A stretch of 64,000 bases of DNA from the NCBI GenBank assembly GCA_013115145.1, contig JAAPAO010000065.1:1-64000 (forward strand), in the 5' to 3' direction. Source of the DNA: Perkinsus chesapeaki ATCC PRA-425. Lineage: Eukaryota; Protista; Perkinsozoa. The translations under genes and the position numbers were made by a program. Every line of letters starts with the position of its first letter. The stretch's first letter is position 1. The notes beneath the pieces were generated by a model. The model was not told the DNA's origin. It searched no databases and saw only the letters and a list, made by a program, of their open reading frames with translations. Of the stretch, positions 28,701 through 41,200 are shown piece after piece.

Positions 28701-29044
28701 TCCTAGACTGGCTGCAATGTGAAGTATGGTCTTGCCGTCTCGATCAGTCGCCCTGGTTACCCTAGATCTATCGGCATCAAGAGCCTTCCTAACCTCATCC
28801 AATGACCTGTACACCACCAATAATATCAGCCACTATCCTATCTGATGTCTCCGTTGGGGTAGCAACTATCATTTAAGCTTCCTTATTATTTTGGAAGTTC
28901 AAAAGATTCTTATTAGCTCAAGTTGACAACCTCGACCCCCTCAGACTCTTTCCAATCGTTTACTTACCCGTCCTTAACAGCGGCAAAGAGAGGGTAGTCC
29001 TGCTGGTTGGGAAGGCTGCTTTTAAAAGCGTCGGCAAGCGGCAT
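25706..29044 (-). CDS. Ankyrin-repeat tyrosine-kinase-like (TKL) protein kinase with two ankyrin modules
   Basis: ATG at 29044 (MPLADAFKSS…PLFAAVKDG), then ankyrin repeats (DGKTILHIAASLG, DGWTPLHHAA, DGWTALHHAT). The kinase domain has VGSGITADVYRG, VAIKK, HPNLVLFMG, HRDLKSLN, DFG, MAPE and CWTAKPADR|PGF, ending in TAG at 25706. My hand splicing keeps one reading frame. Confidence 0.85.
27819..27891 (+). tRNA. tRNA-Met(CAT), elongator type
   Basis: 73-nt cloverleaf GCGGCTT TG GCGC AGTAGGTA GCGC G TAGGT CT CAT AA TCCTA AGGTC GCGAG TTCGATC CTCGC AGGCCGC A. The TTC T-loop and U31-U39 fit an elongator tRNA. It is followed by TTTT, a Pol III terminator. Confidence 0.95.
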
Positions 29045-29212
29045 TCAATTCAGAAGAGTACGCGTGGAGGTAGACTGGCTGGCTTCTTGCGCGGTATCTT
29101 GAGATCTTGCAATCTTACACTTCCTCAGCGCTACAGCGCAAGGTTCCAATGAAACGGCCCGATAAACCCCTGACCTTAATTGCGGGTTATACCACTCTTC
29201 TGGAAGCCGACA

Positions 29213-30204
29213 ATGCACTTGAAGATACTTGCTTTAGATAATAAAGCCGCTGAATAGTACTACCAGCTACGCGCCCAAGTGGCGGATTTGATGTCAATAG
29301 TTACACCGCACACAAGACGTTCCATGATGGTGACTCGGGCTTGGACCTCTTCGTGGTGAAGGATCAGACCATTCAACCTGGTGAGACTGCTTTTATCAAG
29401 CTTGGAATAAAGGCAGCGGCATTTGATGGAAAGGAGGGAGGCAAGCTACAGCAGCAGCAGTTTCCTACTGCTATTCTTCACTTGCTCAGTTGGCCTATCG
29501 TGGCTCCTTTTGGCGAGGTCATCCATTTCTAAGACCCCTTTGAGGTTGTCTAACTCCATAGGTCTTATAGACCAGGTAAGCACTCTGCCGTCAGACTCTG
29601 CGGAAGCCCCGTGTACAGGGTTATCGTGGCGAGGTCATTGCTGCCGTTGATAATATCAAAAATGAAGCTTACACTGTTAAAGAAGGTCGGTCCCCAATAG
29701 TGATCGTTTACCGTTATTTTATACCTTATTTCCGTCTAGTTTTTCTGTGGTATTAGCATTATAGTGCGTTTGCCAAGTAGGTGATCGCCTCGTTCAAGCT
29801 GTCGGGTTCGATGGTAAGGGTATCACCATGGAAGTAGGCATATCTCCCAATTGACCCCTTAGCACTGTTTGCCGTTCAGTTGGTCACTGAGCTCGACAAG
29901 ACTACCAGAGGTGAAGGGGGCTTCGGTTCCACAAATGAGCAGCAGCCCAGCAAGACCGAGGCTGCTAAACAAGTAAGAGCACTTTACGATGACACCTTTC
30001 CGTATCCTGCCTCGCAGGATGATTCTTTGAAGCGATTCAATGGAGACTTTCATAACGTACGCTTGTGGGTCGGCTGATGCCAGTCACCGTCTTATCGTCG
30101 TCGTCTACGTCTCGCTACCTAATCCCTTCAGTTCGCATACTCTTTGGCAGGATCCTCCTATAAAGCGTTCCAAAGTTGCGGCGGAGGCCCCTTTGGGTGC
30201 CTGA
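29213..30204 (+). CDS. dut: Trimeric dUTPase (apicomplexan-like), multi-exon; ends at 30077 or 30204
   Basis: MHLKILALDNKAAEY|YTAHKTFHDGDSGLDLFVVKD, with all five motifs: GLDL, RSS(ISKTPLRLSNSIG), GLIDQGYRGE, GDRLVQ and RGEGGFGST. Confidence 0.93.
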
Positions 30205-30315
30205 AGGCTTCCACTCGAATGAGTGTCGATGAAGATCTTGCATGTTAAATCATTTCCCGAAGGCGCGTTGCATTGTGTTGGTAACATCTTGTAGAGTCGA
30301 ACGAGCAGTTTTAGA

Positions 30316-32143
30316 ATGGGCAAGAAAGGCGGAAAAAAGGAAAAGATAACCGGCACGCCAGATGTGGTGAAATTCAAGACAAGTACAACTTACTACGCCA
30401 CACTGCGAGAATGTGTGCAGCTGCAAGAAAGTCTACCGTTCGTTGCCACCGACACGATTGCAGATGATGACTTTAAGAGGGTGTGGAATCGTCGCGAAGC
30501 TGCCGAGCGAATGAAGTGGTTTAGGTGGCTCGGTTCCTTTCGATGCTGGGTCGACTATGTGACATGTGCGAGATTCACAGCGATAAAAGCTACCGTCCAC
30601 GGAATCACCACAAATACCTTGATCCTCCTCCGAGTGTAGTCCAACGGCTCTGATGAGAAATAGCAATCTGTGGTTAGTTCGATCCGAAGGGCTTCCCTGT
30701 TGCTGTCGTTAAAGCAGCACGAGCTATACAGGATGAGCCCTCGCTTACTTATAACGGGAAGAGGTATCAATGGCAGCTCAGCGGCCATCCAGGCATCATT
30801 CGCAGATACGAGTTTTCCGACGAGGTAAAGGAGAAGGCGGAGACCTTTTTGAAGGACATTGATAAGGAAACAACCCTCATTGGGGGGTACATCGACCCAG
30901 CCTTAAAGGTTCACACGGGAACGGTTTGGAGCAGCGATCGATTCAGCTTTGTCAGAGCGACTTCAGCCAGGGCCTCCGAACATTCAAGGTTGAGCTGGCC
31001 GGTAAGCTGATGGAGTTCGATGATATGTTTATGGACTTCGAACGGGTGAGAGCTGCCGATTATTGGGCCGGGATTCAGCGCTACTCGCAGATCTACACGA
31101 CAGAGCTGCTGGAGATTCACAGAGATGTGTTCGCGATAGTCGATGAGATTGTCCAAGCAGAGTAAGATCTATCCAGACTACTTTTGAAGTGCTCATCAGG
31201 GCAAGGCTAACCGATGCGGAGGGTAAAGGAGATATCGAAACTAAGCAACTTGAGGAAGCAACCTTCATCCGGGCTGCTGATGTTAGCATCATACTTGGCA
31301 TGCAAGCTAAGCAAGGTTTACTCTCAGGCATTCCTGGCCCTTTATGCGGAATCAATGGAGGCAAAATACACTTCAGGAGAAGTATCACAAACCGAGGTGC
31401 ACCATAATTATCCGATGACCGCCTTTGAGGATTCTTCGTGCCATTTTTCGGCTTCCACCGTGACGAGACGTTCTGTTTTTTGTGTCGCTCGAAGCTCGAC
31501 AGACTGTCGGCCATCGTAATGTTATTCCAATCCTCGATTGGTTCATGAAATCGTACTTATTTGATATATTCGTTATTGTGATGTTATCTTGTTCTAACTT
31601 GGGCAGGTTAATCTCGCTAAAGAATTTGCGGAGTCAATTCCTGAAAGGAGTTTGGAGCTCGCAGGTAGGCATCCCTCACCCAACAGGTGCATCTTCGTAT
31701 GGCAGAAGCCGCTATTTTCTACGAATACAAGCTGATCGAGTTGGGGAGAGAAGACTGGCTTGATTTGGTAAAGGAGTGCATCCGAGCCTATCTCGAGTTG
31801 CGTGTCTATGTTGCCGATATACCTCTTAAACGGCTAAGTCCGGAGGTGAGGGGACCCGGCAGAAGGACGACAATTAGGTCTGTTATTTCAGTATATCGAC
31901 AACAAGCGCTTTTTGACTCTCTTACGAGCGTTCCATCGACTAGCGGCTGATGCATTTCCAGCGTTGGAGTTCGTAAGCTGTTTGCCAAAGATAAGTCATA
32001 GCAAATCGTCGAGGTGGATGTCTAAAGTATGTTACATAACACTCAACAGGGAGGCCATCCATTTGCAGGCTTTACTCCTTCCAGAGCTGCAGCAGTTATA
32101 TAAGTCTAAGCTCGATAAAAAGCATGTTGCTGCTGTTGCATGA
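30316..32143 (+). CDS. Hypothetical protein, probably conserved in alveolates
   Basis: A coherent exon chain: MGKKGGKKEKITGTPDVVKFKTSTTYYATLRECVQLQESLPF…FKR|VARFLSMLGRLCDMCEIHSDKSYRPRNHHKYLDPPP … EDWLDLVKECIRAYLELR … |ALLLPELQQLYKSKLDKKHVAAVA*. Function not recognised. Confidence 0.7.
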
Positions 32144-32328
32144 TTAACGGTGTTCTTCCTTAGTTAAGTTGTTGTGTTTTTGTCCGAGTACGTTGACTAA
32201 CCCAAGATAGAGTGATAGAGTGTTGAGAAGGACTCGCGGCGAGTAGCCAACAAAGACTTTCTGCTAAAAAGTTAACTGAGATGACACCGACTGACTATTG
32301 AAGATCTCGGCCTTCTCAACATTCGACT

Positions 32329-35300
32329 TTATAAAACTAATGAAACTATGAAAGTTCGAATCTGAAGTGGTTCCAGTGATATGTCACACCAATCCACTTC
32401 ATTCTTAAACACTCTCTCATTTCGACTGGCATCCTTCTCGCTACTTGTCGACCACCTGAGACGCTCTTCCTCGGCTGTTTTAAGATATCTGCCTGCATTT
32501 AGGGTAACCTGAAAAATATCAAATATGGTTCTCCATTACAACCATAGTTACCTCAATCGCCTTGCCTAGAGTAAAGCCTTCCAGAAGAGCTCCTTTAGCT
32601 GCTAAGTTGAGATGTACAACAGAAGTTGAGCCCTCTCCAGGAGCGTAGGTGTGAGCCAAGCGTAGCAGTAAACAACGGCTTTGAGCGCATGCACGTTTAT
32701 AGTATTCCGATGGAGTGTTGTTATTATTAAGGAGCTGTAATGTAAGGATCTGTACTTCTCGCGGTAAAGTGGATGATGCAATTTGAGAGGAATCAGCGGG
32801 CTGCTGGAGTGAAGACCAGGAATCAGATTTGGGTTGATGCTCTGGGTCGTCACGAGCGAACACCGGCAGCAGCGGCAGCCGGGCCTGAAGCGGGGCACAA
32901 AATAAACTAAGACACAGTTTGGTTGCGAATTCATCGGTACCAGATGTGCTTGCTCTCGGTATTCATCCGAGTCGGCCCTTTCTCCTTCTTCCTTCAACAT
33001 TGGCTCCAACAGTAGTTGCGTCTGGCCAATGACATTCTTGGGGAGACAAATTCTATTGTAGCAGATGGTCTCATCCAAAGGTTCATCTGATAAGGCAACA
33101 ACTGGACTCTGGACAATATTCATCTGCTCACGCACCAACTCCCCTTGCATCATCATTAAGGCACCTTCTGTGTACCATTATTTCCATTTGACCAGGTAGC
33201 AGAGAGGCTCCACCATGTGCTCTATCGGTGATGAGGGTAAGCTGCGGAGGAAGATTAAAGAGCTAATAAAATATAACCAACCATGCGCGTCGCCGCCGCC
33301 GAGTTTGCTTCTTCCTGGTCGACGATCCTCAAGCCCGAGTTTATGGGATAATAGTTCATCGCCACCGGGTCTGTTACATTCAATTGCCATCCAGAACGAT
33401 AATTAACTCTGAGGGGGCTCATAGTCAGCTACTTAGTGTAATCACTTACTTTCGATGGATCCAATCTCTACCATTACTATCGGTCATAAAGTCACCATCA
33501 TTGTTGCTAATGTCCGAGTCGACTAGCTGTATTAAAGTGAGAGAGTGAGTACTATTCTGACACACTTACAAGGACCACTTCTTTTCCTGCTCCGCCGTTG
33601 ATGTAAATAGCTACATCCCAGCTTATAGACACAACTGCCTGTTTAGGCGCCACTTGCAGAGTGAGATGACCCACAATGTCATCCGGTTGTTGCTGCTGCT
33701 GCTGACCATCATCCACAGACGGATGGGTGATAGCAAACCTCATCATGTTCTCCGCTCCCCCATCATCACTCGATAATAATATCTAACTCATATGGTAGAG
33801 CAACGACGGAATGATAGTATCCTACAGGAGTGAAGTTGGCTGCTTTAGGGCGACAGTTAGCGATCGAACTGAGCCTTGGATTCTCCGGGCAGTTGGGGCG
33901 GAAAATATACGCTCCTGATGCCTGCCCAGGACGACCGTAAGTCAGTGGTCCGGAGCCATTCGAGCTTTCATAATAACCGAATGAGATATTAAGTTTGACC
34001 TGAAAGCAGAACTCCAAATAGCACACATTGATGATCGATAGAATGACGATGGGAATGTAGTGGCTGTCAAGTCCCTTGAGGTCGGACGGCTGCCACCGCT
34101 GACACTTGTTCAACACAAACCAGAGAGGAATACGATTTCCTGTCACACTGAGCTTGGCCGCATTTCGGGTCCTTCCCCCCCCACACTCCCGTGCTCGGTA
34201 TTCCCACACCGCGTCTTACCTCTACACCATGATGGATATTCTTCAGTTTGAACATGTAATTGCCGTCGCCCTTCTCATCGTCATAGGAGATCTCGTAACG
34301 TTCATTAGATATGCTCTTCACGTGAGGTCGGCGGCCGCGCCGTTGCTGAGTAGTTGTTGAGGGTTGGGAGGTGATCCTGAGCATGGTGTGATTCTACCAA
34401 GCCAGTAGACACGTAACCTGTAGATGGTAGCTCCTAGTGGCGGTACATCCTCAGCCATGAACTGTAATGAATATGACCCTTCAAGGTTAGGAACCAGCCA
34501 GCTCTAATGAACAACAGCTTAAGAGGAGGAACCTTAAGAGCAGTTTGGTTACCTTCACAGCTTCCTTACTGACAGCCTTCTGCACCATGAATCTGCCCTT
34601 GCCACCTTTCAGTCTTCTCATCATAGGTATTTCTGTCATTCTTAATTCCTCGGGAGACAGTCCATCATAAGGCTGGTTGTTGCCGACGGGTACGGTGACA
34701 AGGGAAGCGGATGGGTGGGAAAGAGAATTGTACACTGCTACGAGGACAGATGAGCCCGATAGGTTCGTCGTCCAAGAGCAGATACTCTCGTTTAGTAAAG
34801 GACAGTGGCCACCACTTTCGGGTTTCAGATCAAACCTTGATAGCACTTCAGGAATGACGACACTGTTCATGACCTGTACAGGATGCGCATCATCCTTTTA
34901 TTTATCATTCATCTACCTTTTCTGTTCCAATATGGAGCCGCTTCGAGTAGTCATCATCAACATGCTGCTTTTCAGTACCGGTGATGGCATCGTGGTGTTG
35001 AGCTAGGCCAATAGCGTCAGTTAGTTCCGCTAAAGAGGTTTCTTTTATCAGAGTCAATTAGGCAAAGCTCACCAATGACCTCTTCCTCGTTCACATGAGC
35101 CTTATGGATCGCCGTTGCCACCAACTGCCGTGCGGCGGTGTATGTCCTGCTAGCGCCTCGTACCATACCCTTGAAGTTGGGTCGAGAAGTGAAATAACTG
35201 AATCCATTGCTGATGAGTGAGCCGTGCTTCAAGCTAAGATACCCTGTCCAATAGGCATGTCCTCCATCTATTGGGTCCACGGTCCGCTTGTGAACGTCGA

Positions 35301-36982
35301 TAACGTCAACTTTGCCATCTCCATAAGGGAAGAAGTCCTCATCACTAGCCTTGGTCGGGAGGTCTTTGCCCTCCCTATACTGTTGATGCCGAGATTGAAT
35401 ATAAATCCTAAGACAAGGTCCCAGCAGCGCTAGGGTGGTGATCGGCCTTACCGAGGGTTGCTGTAGAATAGATTAAGTACAACATCGCTGCTGCATCGCT
35501 GTTGCGCCGCGATAAGCTTAGAGTAATGTATCAGCTTATCCATGTTATTATACCACGATATGGCCTGCTGGTAGTTGAAGTCCATGCCCTTCATAAACAA
35601 GTAAAGGCAAACGATCGGGTAGCTGCTACCATTGTGAGGATGATATTTTTACTCTGTCCTTCTCCCTTCCCGTCTGGGTTGTACGACTCAGTTTGATTGA
35701 CGCAAATCTAGAAGGAATTATTCCTCAAGAAATTTAGCAGGACTTTTGTTACCTCTCGGAAAGCCGCTAGTCGGTCAGCTATATTGACATCCTCCAACAG
35801 TACGTCATCTTGGAGTGGCGGGTCACCATTTAGGACGTCGAATCCAAAGCCAGGCGGCGGCGAATACCTGAGGCAAGTTAGCTGAAGGGAAGATGCTACG
35901 CTGGTCGCCTTACATGTACATGAGCCCCATGAAAATTGCATCTTCGCTGGCAGAGCTACTGGATTCATCAGTTCGATAAACCTAATGGGGATCTGATAAT
36001 GCTTTTATAGCAGGATTGATCTATCGAACCATTTCGAGCGCTCCAGTAGCCTTTCTGACAGCCATGTCTTGGTCATCGGCCCTTCCAACTAGCCACCCAT
36101 CGAACGCCATCTGACAACAGAAGTCACAAGTGGCGGAGAAGAGGAGTGGTTACCCCACGGAACGCCTTGTTCTGAAAGCTCGAATGGCCAAACGGATCGA
36201 TTTGCCATCCAATTCTAGGAGAAGCCGCGAGGCCGAATTCTCTGATCACTTGAAGTGCACCTAAAAGTGTTGAGGATGGGCTACATTCATCGGAGAGATA
36301 TACCATTAGTGTGCTGATCTATAATATCAGTATACATCGTAGCGGCCTCATCGTTCATAACCCAACCAGCATTGATGAACTCTAAACGACCTTCACCAAC
36401 CAATTTCCGAACAAGTCTTTTTTTAGCCTTCGACTGCCTTCTCCACCAGCGGATGAAAAACGCCTGACATCATGACCACTGAGGTTCATCATTAGTGGTG
36501 GAAGGCTGCTACCATCTCGACATAGATGAACTTTCTATTCTTGTCCGCCTCCAGCGCATTAATAACAGAGTCGAGGATGAGCCCTACGTTTGCTATCTGA
36601 ATGGAGTTGTTGGCTCCTGAAGAAGTGTGTTGAATGACCAACCGCATCTCCATGAGAATGTTACCAGTGGCATATTGATCGACGGTCTTAAGCCAACCAA
36701 CGTCGTTGTGAGTGTGAGGTACCAAATGTACCTAAGTAGCGGAAACGACTCATCTCGAACGGCGAGGAAAGAAGGGGCTACATTTATTATTCGAGGGTCA
36801 CCATGAACGGGCCCTCCACTGGTATTGTAAGGCCCCCCTGGTGACAGGGGAATTGCTATGAGCTGCCTCCCAATGGTTATTTCGGCCTTAGCTCGGCCAC
36901 CGTTCCAGCATTCTCCATCTATGGGACTTCCTGTGAGCAAGGCAATGCCGAATCCTATTAGTAGATACCAAGAGAGGACCAT
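32329..36982 (-). CDS. Lysosomal/vacuolar-type alpha-mannosidase (GH38) with signal peptide
   Basis: Hydrophobic N-terminus [18 protein letters not shown]; Zn-binding [17 protein letters not shown]; RKFIYVEM; nucleophile motif [10 protein letters not shown]; HAYWTGY|FTSRP; SGAYIFRP; C-terminal [14 protein letters not shown]…* (TAA at 32329). Confidence 0.92.
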
Positions 36983-37024
36983 GGCAACAAACGGCTAAGA
37001 TCAATAAAGTGGGTTGGTGGGCCA

Positions 37025-38204
37025 TCAATGGTGGCTGGTGGTGAAAGGTGGGCCTACTCGTGAGACACTGTTACCCGCAAGTACAATGGAAGACAATATC
37101 TCAACAGAATTAATCCTAAGAGTGCGCATCTCAAGGTTGGGCTCTAGGAGGGGTCTTGAAGGTCGGCTCTCGGAAACGGAGCATTCCGCATGCGTACATG
37201 AGAAGGGTGTCACGTCACGTGACTCACGTGAGTAAGGGAGGCTTGATAGCTGAGGTCCCATTCGGGAGTGAGTGAACTGGCATCTACCATTTTGGATGGT
37301 AAGTAGGAATAATTCTCATATCATAAATTAAATGATACCTTTTGCCACCAGCATGCCTTTTATCATGATTAGTGCTGCTGCAGCAATAGCACCTTTTCTT
37401 ATATGCTTCATGTTATCTTGCTCGAGTCGTTGATATAAATTCCGCGTTATATACCACCTATTTGTCTCGCAAATACAACTAATGCTACACGACACCTGTG
37501 CGTATCTTAGTGCGCATGCGTGCACTTATCACAAGTCATTCGTGTAAAAAGTGTTCTTCGATGATTCTAGTGCTTTTAATCTCATGTCTGGGTTAAATGG
37601 GAGCGCGCTGAACTTCGACCTTGAAAGGTACTCTCGACATACTTGTGAGTTTTTCTTGGTTTGGAAGTTCACGTTGGCGAAGTAACGGTCGAGCACCTCG
37701 ATGAAGCAGCTCCGTTGGAGCTTTAGGCTACGTGACCAACTAAGAGTGGTCCCCGACCACTAGTGTTGTTTTCAAAGAGACTGCGCATGGAGAGGTGTCG
37801 AGATTTGTGGCGAGCGCACTTTTCAGCACACAACTAAGGGACAGAGCTAGGCTAGCGGATCCACCCCAGGCAGGTTCCCAAGACGCCTGCTTGACGCCAG
37901 TTTTAGCAACTTCACAATCCCGTCCCAGCCCGCCCTGGAGGAGGCCTGCGGCACGTTCAGCCGTGCGATCGGACCCTGTTGTTCACAGGTCAGTCTCTTC
38001 GCACGGTCACTGATGTGTACTGGTGTAGCTTGGCACGGTTTCGTGCCAGCCAACTACTCCCGGTGCACTATCAGTGTCCGGCCTACGGCTCCACCCCACA
38101 CCCTCCAGAGCAGGCACCAATAAAAACAACTCACCGTAGCGTACACCGACCAGACTGACACGCAACGAAATTAAGACATGATGAAAACGGCAGCAATGTT
38201 CCAA
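37025..38204 (-). CDS. Possible small hypothetical spliced gene
   Basis: Co-oriented open segments (37847..38053; an unlisted frame FIEVLDRYFANVNFQTKKNSQVCREYLSR at ~37560-37720; 37328..37525; 37025..37261) with splice-like borders. I could not join them reliably. Confidence 0.2.
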
Positions 38205-38237
38205 TTATTAATCATGAACATAGGTAAGCAAATCTCA

Positions 38238-41200
38238 TCAACTCCTCGATAGGATTTCTTCAACAGCTTCTTTAGCAACCGTATCCAACGACGCCGTGCT
38301 GGACATCCTGTCCGAGCCCAGACGAGACATCTCAGCTCCCGATCTCCGATTGCCAAGACGGTCTATTTTAGCGTCTAGCTTTTGATAGCGAATAGCGGCC
38401 CGCTTAATGTGCTCTGCCAGTAAAGTCTCGACCACCATCAGGTTCTTCTGCACAAGGAGCAGGTCCTGCGCGCTGGGAGGGTGTAGCATCTTAAGTAGCA
38501 TGTGCACGAACTCGGACTGGTCGATGCAACCATGACCCGACGAATCGATGATTTGGAATGCCACCGAAACCACATCCTAGAATGACGGAATGCAGCGGAG
38601 GAGAGCACATAAGCTGGGCCAACCTCGTCAACACCGAGCTTCTGGAGCCTGTTGGCCGCCTGAGCGTTGAACTCGCTTTCCGTAAGCGTGCCAGAGCCGT
38701 CTACGTCCATGGCATCGAACACCTGACGAGCAATAGGGCGATGGACTAAATGGGCTAATTCTGGTCTACCTCGACAATCCTCTCCTTGAGAATCTTGTCC
38801 CTCTCGGACTCTGTTGTCCCCGAGACAATTTCGCATATAACGCCGATAAGTATATTAAGTATCATGAATGAGCCAAGCATTATAAATATCAAAAGAAGTA
38901 TACCGCATCTAAAAGTATACCACTTCAAAGAAGCCAGTATGAAGCGAAACAGTGTGGAGGCTCTAGAGTGGCTTCAGCACTGATGTTTTACAAATGTACT
39001 ATATGAGCCATTTACTAGGCGTGGGGGACTCAAGACGGTCTGAGACCGTTTCCGCACTTACGGTGGGCTTTCGCTTAGTGTTGATCGTATCAAGGAGAAT
39101 GTATCGTCGAAGACTAGGACCTGAGACATACTGTATCCAGGGGTAAGGATTGCCCACCAACCTGCCATAATGTTAGCATGCTCTTGGGGATGGTACCAAA
39201 CATATCATCGAAGAAGCCAGGCATGCCATCAACCTCCATTGTCAGCCGCTCCTCAGAGCTCTTCACCCACTGTGTAAGGATAATCGCGAACACGTACCTA
39301 TCATCGCGGGAAGAGGGCTACTGTATAGAGGAATGGGAAGTAGTCCGAGGAGAAGCGCAATCCACTTCTGCAGCAGAGTACTTCGCATTCCCCATTAAAC
39401 TTTATATTAAATTTCAAAAACAGGAACACTTTTTTGACCATCACGGAGCTCATTTCCGATCAAAATTTCAATGATATATCTGCTTTGGGAACAATTTTCA
39501 GATCTCGAAAAACATAAACCCGTGAGGCTGGCGGACCCCTGTTCGTGGGTGGCAATAGTGAAGCCTACATGAGCGCCAGTATGATAGCCAGGGTGCTGCT
39601 GACAGAGCGCGCAGCTGCGGCCATCGACTTCACCATCATGCCCAGTTCGGGGACCATACCTACGACAAAACGCTGACACATGAACGTGAAACCATTTACG
39701 GAAGACTCGCGTTATCCTGAGAAGTCGAAGTAGACGGAGGACGCTGAGGCTGCCAAGAGTGGACGCATCGACATGCAGTAGGAGGAGCACCCAAATCTCA
39801 ACAACCATCATCAACACCTGATAGACAGGAATCATGAACTGGGAGGAGGCGATGTCTTGGCCTGGTTTACCAAACATAGGTCAAAGATATTCCAGAACCT
39901 GAGAACCTTGTCCTTGAAAAAGTCCATCTTGCTTTTGTATGCCAATATCCGTACGAGAATCTCGAAGGTGAAACAGAAACCAAAGATATGCTCACCAACG
40001 TCGAATACGACGAGCTGACAGATGGAAATGACGGGCAAGTTCGGAGAGGCATCATGTGAACGCGTAGGTCGGAGCAGGTTGGAAGGTGTAATAATGCAAA
40101 GGCCTTTAGTGTTATTAATAGGAATATAATAATGTAAAGGCCTTTAGTGTTATTAATAGGAATATAATAATGTAAAGGCCTTTAGTGTTATTAATAGGGC
40201 TATGATACTGTAAAGGCCTTTAGTGTTATTAATAGTGCTATAATACTGTAAAGGCCTTTAGTGTTATTAATAGGGCTATAATACTGTAAAGGCCTTTAGT
40301 GTTATTAATAGGGCTATAATACTGTAAAGGCCTTTAGTGTTATTAATAGGGCTATNNNNNNNNNNNNNNNNNNNNNNNNNNNNNNNNNNNNNNNNNNNNN
40401 NNNNNNNNNNNNNNNNNNNNNNNNNNNNNNNNNNNNNNNNNNNNNNNNNNNNNATAATACTGTAAAGGCCTTTAGTGTTATTAATGGGGCTATAATACTG
40501 TAAGGGCCGTTAGTGCTATTAATAGGGCTATAATACTGTAAAGGACTTTAGTGTTATTAATGGGGCTATAATACTGTAAAGGCCTTTAGTGCTATTAATA
40601 GGGCTATAATACTGTAAAGGCCTTCTTTAGTGTTATTAATAGGGCTATGATACTGTAAAGGCCTTTAGTGTTATTAATAGGGCTATAATACTGTAAAGAC
40701 CTTTAGTGTTATTAATAGGTTCCTCCTCATTCCCGTTATTCACCGGTATATTTGATCCTGCATGGTTATGATCTTGGTCAATACCTATCCATACCGCATT
40801 GAGTACAATTACAACAAGTGCCCAGTTCTGAACAACAACAATACTAGCTCTCACTATAGCTGCCAAATCATATTGGTGCGGAGCCCAATTAATAGACCAG
40901 TGAAGATCACTGGTGATATCGATTCGACACAAAGATTGTCTACCCCACGGCCGTCACCTCCCCTTGGTCACCTGGAATCTGGCATCGCTTGCCAGTAGGG
41001 CAATCTTTGACTCCGGATCGGCCATCCCCCTGGAGAAAAGGTCCACAGGTGGCCGCCGCAGTTTTGCCCGTTGCTTGGAGAAGTCCGTAGTCTTCCGTGC
41101 CTGCACCGCTACAATCACACCACACCGAACCGCGCTACTTCCAAGACTTTGTCCAATTGCTTCACCAATGACAGGCTGCGGGCTACATCAACAGGATCGT

